A DNA stretch of 64,000 nt from Girardia tigrina (Eukaryota): NCBI GenBank assembly GCA_001938485.1, contig MQRK01175485.1, positions 1 to 64,000 of the forward strand. The letters are read 5' to 3'. The notes below the pieces were generated by a model, which worked only from the letters and a program-made list of their open reading frames with translations, searched no databases and was not told the origin of the DNA. Below are positions 24,801-37,799 of the stretch, piece after piece. The position numbers and the translations under genes were made by a program. The number at the start of each line of letters is the position of its first letter. Within the stretch, counting starts at the first letter, position 1.

Positions 24801-27800
24801 TTATAATTTATAAATAGATATCTTGCAATTAATATTGCTCGTGAACTCCTAATTTTCCGTTTATTTCCCATTGTGGGATCTTAAAAAGTTTCTTCGATCA
24901 AAATTTCACATAATCATTTCTTATCACCGAGAATGAGTAAGTGTACAAAGATTGGAGAAAATCGATTGAGTAAAAAGTATTCAAAAACAGGTTTCTAAAT
25001 TCCATGGATACATATAGAAAGTAGGCTAATAAAAAGAATGAAAAAAGTAGATTTTCAACAGTTGGAAAGTACTACTATGTGATCACTCGACTGTAGAACT
25101 CACAGTTTTCTCCAGTGCCACTATAATTTTATTTATTACTGTGTACATGATATAAAAGTTGTTAATAAATAACGAATAATTTAAATAAATTTAATAAAGG
25201 AAAAAGTTTTGTCATTGAATAAATATATAGATAAGAATTTATTAATAACACGCGATAGAAAAACCGGGTCTAGGACACAAAAATAGCCCCGATAAAAAAT
25301 CCTAAAAAATTATATTATTTTGCTAGATTCATTATATATTTCGTATTATCATTAGCAAACAGACACAAAGCAATGTCATTAAACACATTTTATTTTTAAT
25401 GTTCCTAAATTATCTTGTAAATGTAATGATAATAATTATAAACAAATTTTAAAAATACACAAATCAAAGCAGTTTAAAAATATATTTTAAAAAATCTTCT
25501 AAATTTAAAAAGAATTTAAGACTTTCAATAATAATGCTTTTAAAATTAAACTTCGTGGAGAAGAACTTGGGGTAAGGTTCAACGATCATTCCAATTGTTT
25601 AGATACAGCACAACAAGAATTAATTAAAGTTGTAGGAGTGCCCAAGTAAATTATAAACCAATTTTTGCTAGGGAGAAGTGAAGATGGAAGATATAATTTA
25701 CCCACCGTTAGCCATTTGTGTAGCAATCTGAGACGTTGTCATTAAGTTGTCAATAATATATGTCCTTCGAATATTAATGAAATAGACTTTGCAGATCTTT
25801 TAAAAAAAGCATAATTATTAGGATTTTTCTGATTGGTTCCATTCCCATAAATAATAAAACTCGAAAATCTACAAATGTTGGAAACAACACATCGCTGGTT
25901 TACGGAGAGAACTTTCAAAACTGATTATTAGGTTCGTGAACAAAATTGGAATTCATAATTTTGTAAACTTTATTTCTACTACAATTTTCATTACTGAAAC
26001 AAATTTATGAGGAACAATATTTTAGTTACATAATCCAGATCTCAAAATTCTAAATACAAATAATAATATCGATAAATATAAATATGTTATTTTATTCAAT
26101 TTTGATTTCTTTTTATTTTAAATCATTCGATTATAAATTATTTCTTTTTAATTTGTTTTTTAATAAAATTGCAAAAAATAACTTAGAAATTTAATATGCA
26201 AAATATTTAGCAATATTTAAATTTATTATTATTTAATAGAGATTCATTAATTATAAAATTTATTTGTTTTTAATAAAACTTTCCGTGTACAATAAATATT
26301 CTAATTTTATTTTAAATAGTGTTACAAAATATATCGAAATCTTCTTTACAATATTCTTTAACTTCGAAAATGATATTTTAATTGTGAATTTTTAAAACTT
26401 AATTTTTATAAAAATTTGTCTCAATTTAATTAAAATATTATCATTACTCTAAAATNNNNNNNNNNNNNNNNNNNNNNNNNNNNNNNNNNNNNNNNNNNNN
26501 NNNNNNNNNNNNNNNNNNNNNNNNNNNNTATTTCAATTTAATTGGTAGAAATGTTACCTATAAAATATATTTTATAAAATCTTATTTATTTTAATTAGTA
26601 AAAAATATTATCTATAAACTTAAATTTTTTATTTAAAGATTATTTCAACTTAATTAGTCGAACATAATTTTTAATCCATCCAAAATATAAATGTTTTTAA
26701 AAAATATCAAAAATTTAAAGTTCACCAAAAGTAACCCCGACACTGATAAAATTCTTTTTTCAACTCTATAGAATTCATGTGCTACTTCATGGACGAACAA
26801 ATTCCTGTATTTATACACCTCTAAAAAACAAAACTCGAGAAATATATATGAAACCGTTTCAGATATTAACTAGGATATAGGTCAACTTGAAGCCGATGTC
26901 ATTAATGGTTGATTTTGAATTCGCAGTTATAAAAAGTTTAGAAAGATTCATCCGTGACATTGAAACGAAAAGATTTTTTTAATCTAAATCACATCATTTG
27001 GCAGATAATTCAAGAAAATGGTTTGCAACACCTTGGATTTGCACTTCACCTGAGAATGATCCCAGCTCTTGCTTTTGTTCCGAATGATAAAGTTTTCATA
27101 GTTTTTGAAGAATTAAATAAATTTTAACGATCTAAAAACTTACCAGTCGTAGATTATTTTGAATATTATTTTATCGGACGACATCAATGCCAAGTATGAA
27201 GTTTTTAAATGATACAATTAAGATGTGTTATATGTTTAAACATAAACATTTTTCGATTTGGGAATTAGTATTCTAGTGCTTTTGTCCTGTTACCAGAAAA
27301 CCCGTGAGAGATTTGTTCTTGTGATAAAGTCGAGAACAGTACGCTTTTGTATAAGTTTCACTGTCACTAATTAATCAGAACTCAAATATTGAACAAAAAG
27401 CATCTCAAAGTGTGGTTTAGTGAACATTTACAGTCGAGAGATCACTCAGCAGCCATTTGGTCGGGAACCAATTAATTATTGTCCGGTAAAACGAATAAGA
27501 ATTAAATATTCATATTTTTTATAATTTTCTTTTACAAATAATAAATTTTAATTTTAGAAACACGATTAACAAAAAAATCTTGGATAACCTTAATCTAAAA
27601 TTAATTTTTGTCAATGAATAATATAATGTATATTCCAACATTAATAAAATAATCCATATGACTGACCATCCTTTGTAACATGATAACATTGACCCCCTTC
27701 TAGAACTCGACAACTTTCATATCCGGATGGTAGTTTACCGTCACTGGAAGGTAAAAGGCATCTGGAATCCTTTAACGAGCAATCAACGCCATGATATCCT

Positions 27801-30800
27801 TTCTTACAATTGCAAATAGGGTACAATGAGTAAGTCGTAACTTCACAACTCTTTGTGTTTGAGGAGACACAATATTTATTTAAATCATTTATGCCACATG
27901 GAATCGAAGGAAGAGATACACATTGATGGGTATTCTGATCCCATGCCAAACCAAATCGACAAGTACACCTAAAATAAATACTGAGTTTGTCTTCTTCCAT
28001 CATATCACAACCTTTTTTCTTAAAATTCAAAAAAAAATGATGAATCGATTTATTTAACCTTTATAAATTAAATGCCTAATTATTTCAATTTTCAGCTTTC
28101 CCCTCAATTGTTTTAAGTATAAATATTTAACCTAAGAGCTGTGCAATACGATGTCATAAACTTTTGTACCTTTTTGCCAAAAAAATTTTAAATCATGTAT
28201 AATAAAAGTATGGTGTACTTAAGTAACTACATCTTAATAACACTACCCGACACTCAAATTTAGACTGTTAAGATAACTCACACATTTATTACTGCATTTA
28301 TTACAATTACAATTTTGGTCATCTTTATGACAATCTGTATTTGGTCATCTTTACGACAATCCGTATTAGTGCTTTCCCTCATATTCATCGACCAAATTGT
28401 AATAATTCTCATTCAGAAATCTGAACTAACTTAAAGCTACATATTCGTTTAAAAATATTTACTACAAATGTTTTTGGTTAAAATTAAAATTACTATTTAT
28501 CATTTAAAAATATTAACTTAATTATATACAAAATTAAAATTAATAAAATCATTAAAAATTTACAGTTATTATAAATTAAAAGTAAATTTGAATAAATTAG
28601 TTTCAGATAATAAAATTTAAAATATTAATCAGTCATTTGAGTAGGAGAAGCACAATCCCAAATCAATACAACATTCAAAGGCAAAACATCAACGTTCCAA
28701 GTATTCCTAACATCCTCCTCGATTTAAATCGCTTTTGTTATTCCAAATTCCTGATCACAATTCTACCATTATCTAACCCCAAATCATAACTTCTTTCATG
28801 CCTTCGTTTTTTTACTATGGCTGGACCCATTAATAGAGCTTCTTTCTTTGTTGCATTTTTCTTCTTTATTAACACTTTGTCCCCAGTATGAAATATTCGT
28901 TTTTTCTGTATAGCATTTTCGCTCTTTTCCTTCTTGTCACAAATATGTTTCTTCTGGAAGTTGATATTTTTTGTATTTACTATGATTGACTATTCGAACA
29001 TAATTAAAATAATAATTTGATAAGTTTATATTTTTAAAATTAACAATTAAAATTAAGTTTAATATTTTTTAAAAAAGAAAAGCATTTAATTAGATTTAAA
29101 TAAAATTAATGACATTAAAATTAAATTCATTTTTAACGATTTTATAAAATTTTTCTTCTTTTGAGGTTTTATAAAGAAATGGTTAAAATTATTATTTTTA
29201 ATTAATATTTTTAGAAATTAAATATTTTAAAAAGATTTAGAAAATTTGTTCGAATATTCATGATTAAAAATATAAATAACAAAAACAATTGATAATAATC
29301 AAATTTTATTTGAAAATTGTCTCCATGATCTTAACACTATCAAATATCATTCCTGTCTGAGAAATACCTGTGGTACCTTGAATTATGCTATTCAAAATGA
29401 ATTATATTTCTGGCAAAATTTTCGTCCAATCTTTGTGGGCTTAACTCTTAAATGCATGATTTTTCCTTTTTAAATACTATAAATGTATTTGAAAGTGTTG
29501 CGCCAAGTTGTCAAATTTTGACAGTCAAAAAAGTGAACTGCCTTATCATGAAAGTTTGCGATCAAAACTAAGATAGATATTTTTAGCACCTATTAAAATT
29601 AAAAAAATACACTGTGTTTGAATTACCGTTTATAAATTATGTAAGGAAGAAAACACTGATGTACATATACATCATCATGCATTTAAGGGTTAATCTTTTA
29701 TCCTTATATTCATAGAGTCTCTAATTGTTCTAAATTGACTTTCAATGATTCTGTCGGTTGACTGATGATAAGGACAATAGTAAACTATTTCTGCTTTAAA
29801 TTTCTTTAATTGGTCTTTGAAGTGTCGATTCAAATAGTTTACCTCTATAGGCATGAATCACTTTTGGTAGTTCGAATTTCCATATCTATCAGTTTAGTAA
29901 TACATTCCTTGCAGTTTTCTCATCTTGATGAGCTAATGCATTTAAACTAATATACCTGCTAAATTGATCGATTATAGCAAATATGTACCGATACTGATTA
30001 ATATTCCAATGGTCACTGACTTATATTTCTTATTTTCTTAAGAATATGTGGTTAAAACTAGATATAACGATACGAGAAAATTTTTATTTGCCCAAATTCA
30101 CTCGATTCGCCACTCGTGCCAATAATAGTTTATTAAAACAACAATGTTATTTATCATTAATTTCGTCATCACATGCCCCCGTGATCTCATCATCATATGT
30201 TACATAGTCGCCAAACCAAATGGGCTGTCTTCGGGTCCTCAGTGGTAGACCCAGTGAAGCAGGATTACTCGACCCGTTCGGGGTGCCGTCGACCAACATC
30301 TCTTCGTCCACAGTCACCAACTCATCTTCCCACTCTGAGGCCTGTCCAAACTTTGTTAGTTGTCGCTCCGCTGACACATGCCTCGAGTCTGCAATATGCC
30401 TTGGAATACAATCCACGTCAACCGACGTTCCAGAGTTAACTCGCGACACAAGTCCTCTCTGCCATCGAGCTGTACACCGTGCACTACCGGGCTTCACATA
30501 AACCTGCTCACGAACCTTGAACTCACTCCCATTATAGCATCCTTTTTCCGGCTTAATCATCGGGAATCGTCAATCGTACCGAGAAGTTCCATTACTGGGA
30601 GCTGACTCGCCATCCGTCCCGCTTTTTTGTGTTATTTTGTAGTAGAACACCATATCCAGCATATCACCTTTAGTCCTTGTTGTCATTCTCTTTATCGTCC
30701 GATGGTTCCTCTCAACGATACCGTTCCCGGATGGTCTGTAAGCACAGCGGTACCTAACTACGACATTCCACTTGCTGCACAGGTGTTGCAATTTATCCGA

Positions 30801-31910
30801 TCGGAAATACTTACCATTGTCGCATAATAGTTTATTCGGCGGACCCTTTTCTCTGAATATTTCGGCCAAAAGTTCCGTCACCCAGTCAGCACTCGCACCA
30901 ATAATAGTTTATTAAAACAACAATGTTATTTATCATTAATTTCGTCATCACAGAATAAATATTTCATTGTCTTTATTTTTATTTTTTAAGTTAAATAAAT
31001 GAATACTAAATTTTTAAATAAATTAGTACTAAATTGAATAATTAATAATATTCATTTTAATAATTTAATTATTAAATTCGGCATTTTTGTCCGCAGCGTT
31101 ATTCTTTGCAACGTTTTGTCGTAGATCCAAAAAATACAGCGTTTTATTTTATTTTTGCTTATGACTACATCTATCCTATTTAATTAGTTCAATTGACTAT
31201 TAAAAAAGTAAACAGGTGTAAATCATTGAATTCGAACAACAATGTACTAACTTATACTGATGGTCGAAAACTCCTTTATCGATTAATGTACATGTATTCG
31301 GTATCATTAACATATTCTTACTACAAACTCCCTTATTACCACAAAGATTCGGACACATTCCATCATAGTCCCACACGCCTGCTCCATTGACTGCACAGAT
31401 AAGATAAATGTATAGAAAAACTATTTCCTCATAATCTACAAAAAGCGGAACGATTCCTCCCCGTTTTCTCTCTGCGTGTAAAAAGCGGTAAAGATTTATA
31501 ACCCTAGGAAAGTAATACAATGGCATGGTCTTTTCTTTGTCATACCATTTACTATCGATTTCTAGTAGATATCCTATCAATTCCACGTTACTAGTAGACA
31601 TAGAGCTTGTTGTTTCGGTTTGACCGATTTTAAAAGTTGTTCCATCGGGGAACGTCGATGACATATCTATATTCCTCGGAAATCCCTTTAGAAAACATTC
31701 TTTAAATTTGGGATTTTGCATGTTCCACAGAGAAATAAATCTCGGCACTCCGGCCGTATAATCGAATACATCACTCGTAAAGTCCGCAAGAGGATCTGAT
31801 GTTTTCTCGAATTCAGTCCAGATTAAATCGTAAATGTCTCGATCAGCCGAACAATATAACACAGAAATTAGATTAAGAAAACTGATCAATAGAATATCAT
31901 AAAAAATCAT
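21860..31910 (-). CDS. Single-pass membrane protein: signal peptide, uncharacterised ~165-aa domain, 4-5 EGF-like repeats, thrombospondin type-1 (TSP1) domain, TM and short basic tail (529 aa, 4 exons)
   Basis: Exons 31910-31252, 27968-27667, 23862-23653 and 22278-21860 have GT-AG junctions with matching phases (2,1,1); total 1590 nt. Junction peptides YK|CTC, KD|EYTCVC and WT|AWTSWSQCYPRCG (TSP1). EGF motif CLNGGQC..CNCPDGYTGFYC. TM ILIAEILVILVVGAIFTLLSWLLFIF. Confidence 0.88.
22664..22748. mobile_element. 85-bp pogo/Tigger-type MITE
   Basis: TA + CAGTAAAATCCGGTTA ... TAACCGGAATTTAGTG + TA: imperfect TIRs with TA flanks. Confidence 0.7.
24656..25047 (+). repeat. Helentron/HINE-like family B, apparently complete copy
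   Basis: Starts ACTAGTAAATC and ends GCTAATAAAAAGAATGAAAAAA. It interrupts a repeat that is contiguous at 5445-5755. Other copies at 12870 and 54645-55134. Confidence 0.65.
25260..27200 (+). mobile_element. MULE/Mutator transposase remnant
   Basis: 26761-27200 reads QLYRIH..CIYTPLKNKTREIY..LKPMSLMVDFEFAVIK..IWQIIQENGL..LRMIPALAFVP..VVDYFEYYFIG, a typical animal MULE core. The left boundary is approximate. Confidence 0.75.
28266..30030 (-). mobile_element. Gypsy LTR retrotransposon 3' part: decayed integrase, PPT and 3' LTR (family A)
   Basis: Integrase fragments YIFAIIDQFSRY..WKFELPKVIH, WTKILPEI..GTTGIS and FHTGDKVLIK..MGPAIV. PPT GAGGAGGA (28720-28713) directly precedes the LTR at 28712-28266, which has TGTTA/TAACA ends. 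Confidence 0.85.
30111..30952 (-). mobile_element. Miniature Gypsy-type element with identical 52-bp LTRs, PBS, truncated integrase and PPT
   Basis: 30122-30173 and 30901-30952 are identical (TGTGATGACG... on the - strand). TGGTGCGAGTG follows the 5' copy and GGGGGCA precedes the 3' copy. Integrase core LLCDNGKYF..AYRPSGNGIVERNHRTIK. Confidence 0.8.
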
Positions 31911-33515
31911 ACTACATATTTATCAATTTATTGCTTTAAATTTATTTTTTTAAATATCTTTATACCAACGACATTTAATAAAATATGATTTAATTCATTT
32001 TATCAATTTGTGGTTTATTGTATGCATAAAAAAGATGATTTTTTATAAGTAATTTTATGTATTTATTTATAATAAATGGTATAAAATACCGAAATTTTTC
32101 ATATTTTAAGATTTTTTAATATGGTGATTTTAACTGTATAAGTCTTTATACTTACCTAATTCAATCAAAAATCTCTAAAACTGTATGAAAAAAGAAATTC
32201 ACAATGTTCTAACCACTTTTATTTTGAACGATATTTATTACTGGTAAGAAAAAGACATTCGTTTTTAAGAGATCATTTGTTTGTTTTAGTTAGCGGCATT
32301 TTTAAGAAAATGAACAATGTTGAGTACCACAGTATGGGTGCTGGCAGAGATTTTTGTAGGAGGGGACAAATATTATATAACCGACATAAGTATGTATATA
32401 TATAACAAAAAAAGAAACACTGAATTCAAATTTTATTTTATTTCCAGGAATCTCTCTTGAATAAAAATTGAAGCCTTCTTCGGTCATTAGCAAACTCGTT
32501 AATTACTCTACCCATGAATTTTACCTTGTTTTTCTTAGTTTTTTTCCCAGTGTACCTTAACACGCAAAGGCCCAGATAAACGACCATCAGACATAGTAGA
32601 ACTCAACCAAGTTTTGACTTTTTGTAATGTACTAAAGGACTTCTCTACTGTACACGTGGTTGTAGGTAACGTTAATGAAATCAAAATTGCAGGACGGATT
32701 ATGGAAACAAACTAGTTTTTTGATAACAAATCCAGAAATTCAAAATTACATAATTATAAGTTCTCTGATGTCCACCTTAAACCACATCATTGCTTCATTT
32801 TCGAAATTTTCGATATTGCATATATTATTTATGACATTTATTTTTTCAACATACTTTTGACGATTGAGGTTATTAGTTTGAATTGGATGTAAAGCGAAAA
32901 GATTGAACTGTGCAGAATTACTTTCAGAAAAGTAGCATTTCAAAAAACTATTAGATTATTTAAAAACAAATGCAGGTTTTTGAATAAATTGAATAAGTCA
33001 AATCAGCAATCGTAGAAGCATTCATATTTTCTAAAAGGATAAATCCTATAAATTCTTCTCTTATTACATATTTTCCTTCAATTATATCAAAAAAATAGCA
33101 CACTTATCGATAATTGTTCGTTTCCAGATATATCTTCAGTTACATCCGCTAAAAGTGGAAAGCCAATGGAGTTATTGACTGCCAAAAGAATATCTTTACG
33201 AAGGATATTTTCTCATATATTCATTATTTCATTTCGCGTCATGTAGGAGGTATAACTTGTGTAACGAGGAGTTGTTTCTAAATGCGTTTTTAATGCGTTA
33301 TCACCGGCCTCTATTCGAAAAAAAATAAATCTTACACATTTCCCGTATCACTTTCTTTTCTTTTCAGATAAAATTCTATATAATTTGTTTCTATTCTCCA
33401 GAACAGTTGTTCGTATAGAATCATCGAGTGGCACATTTACCATATCTCTTTCTATTCCACTCATGATAAATTTCGATATAATTTGTTTCTATTCTCCAGA
33501 ACAATTGTTCATATA

Positions 33516-35290
33516 TTAACATGGCAAGAAAGTTTTTTCCGTTACTCTCCACTTCTAAATAAGAAAGAAAATTACCATTCTAATGCTATTTTTTTGTTAA
33601 TTCATGTTTATAAATATTTTTTGGCAAAANNNNNNNNNNNNNNNNNNNNNNNNNNNNNNNNNNNNNNNNNNNNNNNNNNNNNNNNNNNNNNNNNNNNNNN
33701 NNNNNNNNNNNNNNNNNNNNNNNNNNNNNNNNNNNNNNNNNNNNNNNNNNNNNNNNNNNNNNNNNNNNNNNNNNNNNNNNNNNNNNNNNNNNNNNNNNNN
33801 NNNNNNNNNNNNNNNNNNNNNNNNNNNNNNNNNNNNNNNNNNNNNNNNNNNNNNNNNNNNNNNNNNNNNNNNNNNNNNNNNNNNNNNNNATTAAAAAAAT
33901 AAATAATACATTCAAAAATTATTTTAAATCTTTTTACTTTACAATTAAATTAAATTATTTTTAATTAGTAAGAATCAAAGAAAATATCAATCATCCATCT
34001 GTGTAGGAAAGGCACAATCCGAATCAACATTCTACATGCACAATATCAATACAAAATTCAAAACATTCCTCACATATATATTAATTTGTGTCATATGATC
34101 ACTTTTCATATTGGATTTAAAAGGTTGTCGGTAAAAATGGAGTTTTCAAAATCTAACAGTCGATCCTATGCATACGTTGAGTGGAAAAATGGAACGACTG
34201 CAGCTGAAACCTAAAGAAAGTTGTTCAATGCCTTAACTAATGATTGCCCAACGGAACGTACAATAAGAAACTGGTTCTCTGATTTTACCCCAGGCAAGCG
34301 GCTATCGTTGGACGATTACCCACGAAGTGGACGTCCTTCAGCAGCAACAACTGATGATTTGATTTAAAAAGTTAGAAACATAATTAATTGAGCAGTATGA
34401 AAGAATGTCTTTAAGACACATAAGTGAAATGCTTGATGTCAACAAAGAATCAATAAGGACAATCCTCCATGAAAATTTGAACAGGAAAAAGATTTTGAGC
34501 ATCTGGGTGCCTTATCAACAGACTGATGATCACAAACGACAACGTATTGAATCCTCAAGAAATCTTTTGCAACTTGTGCAACAATATGGGAAAGAATACT
34601 TGATGAAACGATGGATAACAGTTGATGAAACGTGGATATCATTTCCCCTACATTATGGAGATCCGACTTAGGAGTATGGGCAAGTGAAGATGATCCTCGA
34701 CCACGTGCTGTTCAAAACAAAAAATTTGGACTAAGTACAATGCTTATTTTTGCATTCACAGCTGATGGTAAGTTTCACATCGAAGTAACAAAATCTGGTG
34801 AGGCTATCAATTCTGAAAGATATACAGAATTCATTCAAAATAGTCTTACGAAGTTTAGTAAAGACAGACGACGAGTGAATATGCGAGAAATTCTTTGGCA
34901 GCATGATAATGCTTGACCACATTCATCCAAGTTTACCACGGAGTTTTTTCAGAAAAAAACATGTTGAATTGATTAAACAAGCTCCATATTCGCCTGATTT
35001 AAATCAGTGTGACAAATGGCTATTCAAATTTTTAAAAGGATCACTAAGAACAACATCATTTGCAAGTGAGAGAGAGGTCTTACAAGCGGTCAGTGATATT
35101 ATGAGGAATTTCTCACGAGTAAAACTTTCCCATGAATTTGATAAACTTTTTACACATGCTGAAAATGTTATTTGTTGTTATGGTTAATATATACTGTTGT
35201 GTAGAAATATAAATTTGTTGTTTTATATTTGTTTTATTTAGAAATTAGAAATACAGAGGAGTAACGGAAAAAACTTTTTTGCCATATTAA
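33516..35290 (+). mobile_element. Mariner transposon (pseudogenised) carrying an LTR family A fragment in its 5' region
   Basis: TIRs TTAACATGGCAAGAAAGTTTTTTCCGTTACT and inverse, TA flanks. Transposase from ATG 34137 to about 35205: PRSGRP, WVPYQQ, TVDETWI, WQHDNA, APYSPDLNQCD. Confidence 0.92.
33985..34074 (-). mobile_element. LTR family A 5' fragment
   Basis: Reverse complement reads TGTGAGGAATGTTTTG...CCTTTCCTACACAGATGG. The remainder probably lies in the adjacent N gap. Confidence 0.6.
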
Positions 35291-36649
35291 TAGAATCATC
35301 AAGTTGACATAAAATATACTTACTGCAATCATTCTTTACACCCAGAAAAGTTTGAGCATCTTGTTGAGATTATTTGTGTCACCCAGATTGAATATGGCAT
35401 TTCGCAAATTCATGAAACTATTTATACTTTGAAAAAGCCGACGTAATAAGTACACCTTGAAAACCACGATGAACGTTTTGAGGAAACAGTATGCAATTTA
35501 GTTTTGGAAAATAACCAAACCAAAATTTAATCAAAAAATAATAATTCTTAAAATTTTACATCTTAAACTGTATGACTGTTCGAGATTATTAACCCAGATG
35601 AAATAGTCATAAAGATAAAAAAGAAATTTAATGCTCTATCTAGTAAACATGTTATTACAGAAGTGTTTGGAAATTTTCAAATATTAATGTTGTCGTAACG
35701 CTCTAATTTAATTTATGATAAATAAAAGAATTTTAAAAAAATAAGAATGTCCTATTTTCCAGGGGGAGGGCAATTTATTATTTACCAATATTAATTTATC
35801 TAACATTTCCTTTCCAGATATATCTGTTTCATCAGCTAAAAGTTAGGACTCATTTAAGTGATTCAAAGTCAAAACAATATCTTCAAAAACAATGTTCCCT
35901 CAATTTTTATCACTGCCCAAATTATCAGACCCTGTGCGAAATTAAAAATGAGGCAACGATTTCAAATACGCAATTTACCTTTCCCAAACGTAAAGCTGTC
36001 AATACATTGCGCACCTTAGATGGAACATTGTTCACGAAGGATATTTTGTTGAGGTTATGTTTTAAAATCTATAGTTAGTGTATTTTATTAATAAAAAATA
36101 TGGATAAATATTTATGTTCTCATAGGTGGAATACTTATGTTGTTAGTAAAGTAATTTAAAATTATATAAAAATTGTAAATAAACTTATTTTCATAAATTG
36201 AAAATATTTATGATATTAAAACAAAATTTAAGAAAATTCAGAATCTGTCATAAGAAAGAGAAAAATAGTTTGTTTAATTACAGATTTCAAAGAGAAATAA
36301 TAAAAGATTATATAAAAGAATAAATAAATTAAATAATATTTTATAAATAAATTAATTAAAAGAAAAATTAATTAAAACGTACCAAAAAATTTTTGTCCTT
36401 AAAAACGAATTTACTGATTATTTTTTGACCTGATCACAGTGATTTTTTTAACTGATCGGATCACTGCAGTTGAATCAATCTGATCGAGGCAGTTTGGCAT
36501 TTGCGGGTTATGTTAAATGCCAGTCTCATGAAGGACGATGGTCAGAAGCAAAGCAACGTAATTTTACATTTGCATCGAAATTAACTGACCTTTAATCGGT
36601 AAAAATCAATGAGGAGAAATATTATAAAAAAACGAAATATATATATATA

Positions 36650-37576
36650 TAGGGTGACCTTAAAACTGACCTAAAATATATATTTCTAGACTTTATTATC
36701 AAAGATTTTTGACTTTATTTTTTTTAATATAAAAAAGTTTAATATAAAACAGAGTTGATACAAATTACCTTATCTTAACACCTTTAAGATAGAAAAAAGA
36801 CTTAATCCAAACCAAACTTATTTTTTTAAACACAAAAGAAGTATTAGAGGATATCATTAATCTTCCTTGTTTTTATTATATGCTAAACTCAAATAGTGAA
36901 CAGCATTTGATGGAATGAAGTTCCTATCTTTCCGCAAAATGTTACCAAGAAAAGAAAAGCAGCGTTCAACATCAGCCGAGGTTTGTTGACAATTAAACAG
37001 CAACGAATAAGTGCTGCGAGAAATATCCTGTCGGTTATGAGGGACGAAATCAAGTATTTCGTTCTTTTCTAAACATTTTGCTATGTAACCAGTTATATTG
37101 AAAAGATGCCGTACTTAAATCATTGTATAAATCATAGTATATGATCTGCTTTTGGTCACTTCAACATAGTTTAACAAACAAGCATATTTTGTGATGTTTA
37201 TCAACTCTTCTACTAAATTCTCTAGCGTTAAGGCTGTTCTAACACGGGTAATAAGAACTTCACCATCTGTGATTTTTCTCGATGTTTATGAACAAATATA
37301 CAATAAAAATTAAAAAAGTGAGAATTTTATTTCAATGAAATAGAACTTATTAAAAAAATTTCTCGCTTTTTTAATTTTTATTGTGTATTTATTACGCTAA
37401 ATAATCAACAATAAGCATTTTTCAATATTTTGACCAAACGTCAAATTTATACCTTATTTTGACCTAATAACTTCCTTCACAATGTGGTTGGGCCTAAAAA
37501 AATAAAAGATTTGTGTATAATTTTTAAAAATAACTTTGCATTTCAATTTTGACTTTATTGACTTTTGGTCACCCTC
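36650..37576 (-). mobile_element. hAT-like deletion derivative
   Basis: Ends AGGGTGACC ... GGTCACCCT. Minus-strand fragment LLFNCQQTSADVERCFSFLGNILRKDRNF is a hAT dimerisation-type motif. Confidence 0.7.
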
Positions 37577-37799
37577 ATAAATAAAATTGCTATATTGGAA
37601 ATATATAGTATAACCAAAAAAATATATAAATTCTCTGTTGAGATTGAGTAACCGGATAAGGTTCTCAGCAACTATAAAATCGGCCAGGCGCCTCAACGTG
37701 GTACTAAAACTTTTTCTGTTATTTATTTTGTAAATTTATATAAATATAAATAAAGATTTTACACTATTTGTTTTTCTTATAATAAGAATATATAAATAC

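Larger units (their letters stand above)
32490..35560 (-). mobile_element. hAT (PRKRIR/ZMYM1-like) transposase remnant interrupted by a mariner
   Basis: TTF-finger-like fragment (35520-35330), AGDNALKTHLE..RNEIMN..LADVTEDISG (33310-33110), and dimerisation motif LTLPTTTCTVEKSFSTLQKVKTWLSSTMSDGRLSG (32680-32560). Confidence 0.8.
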
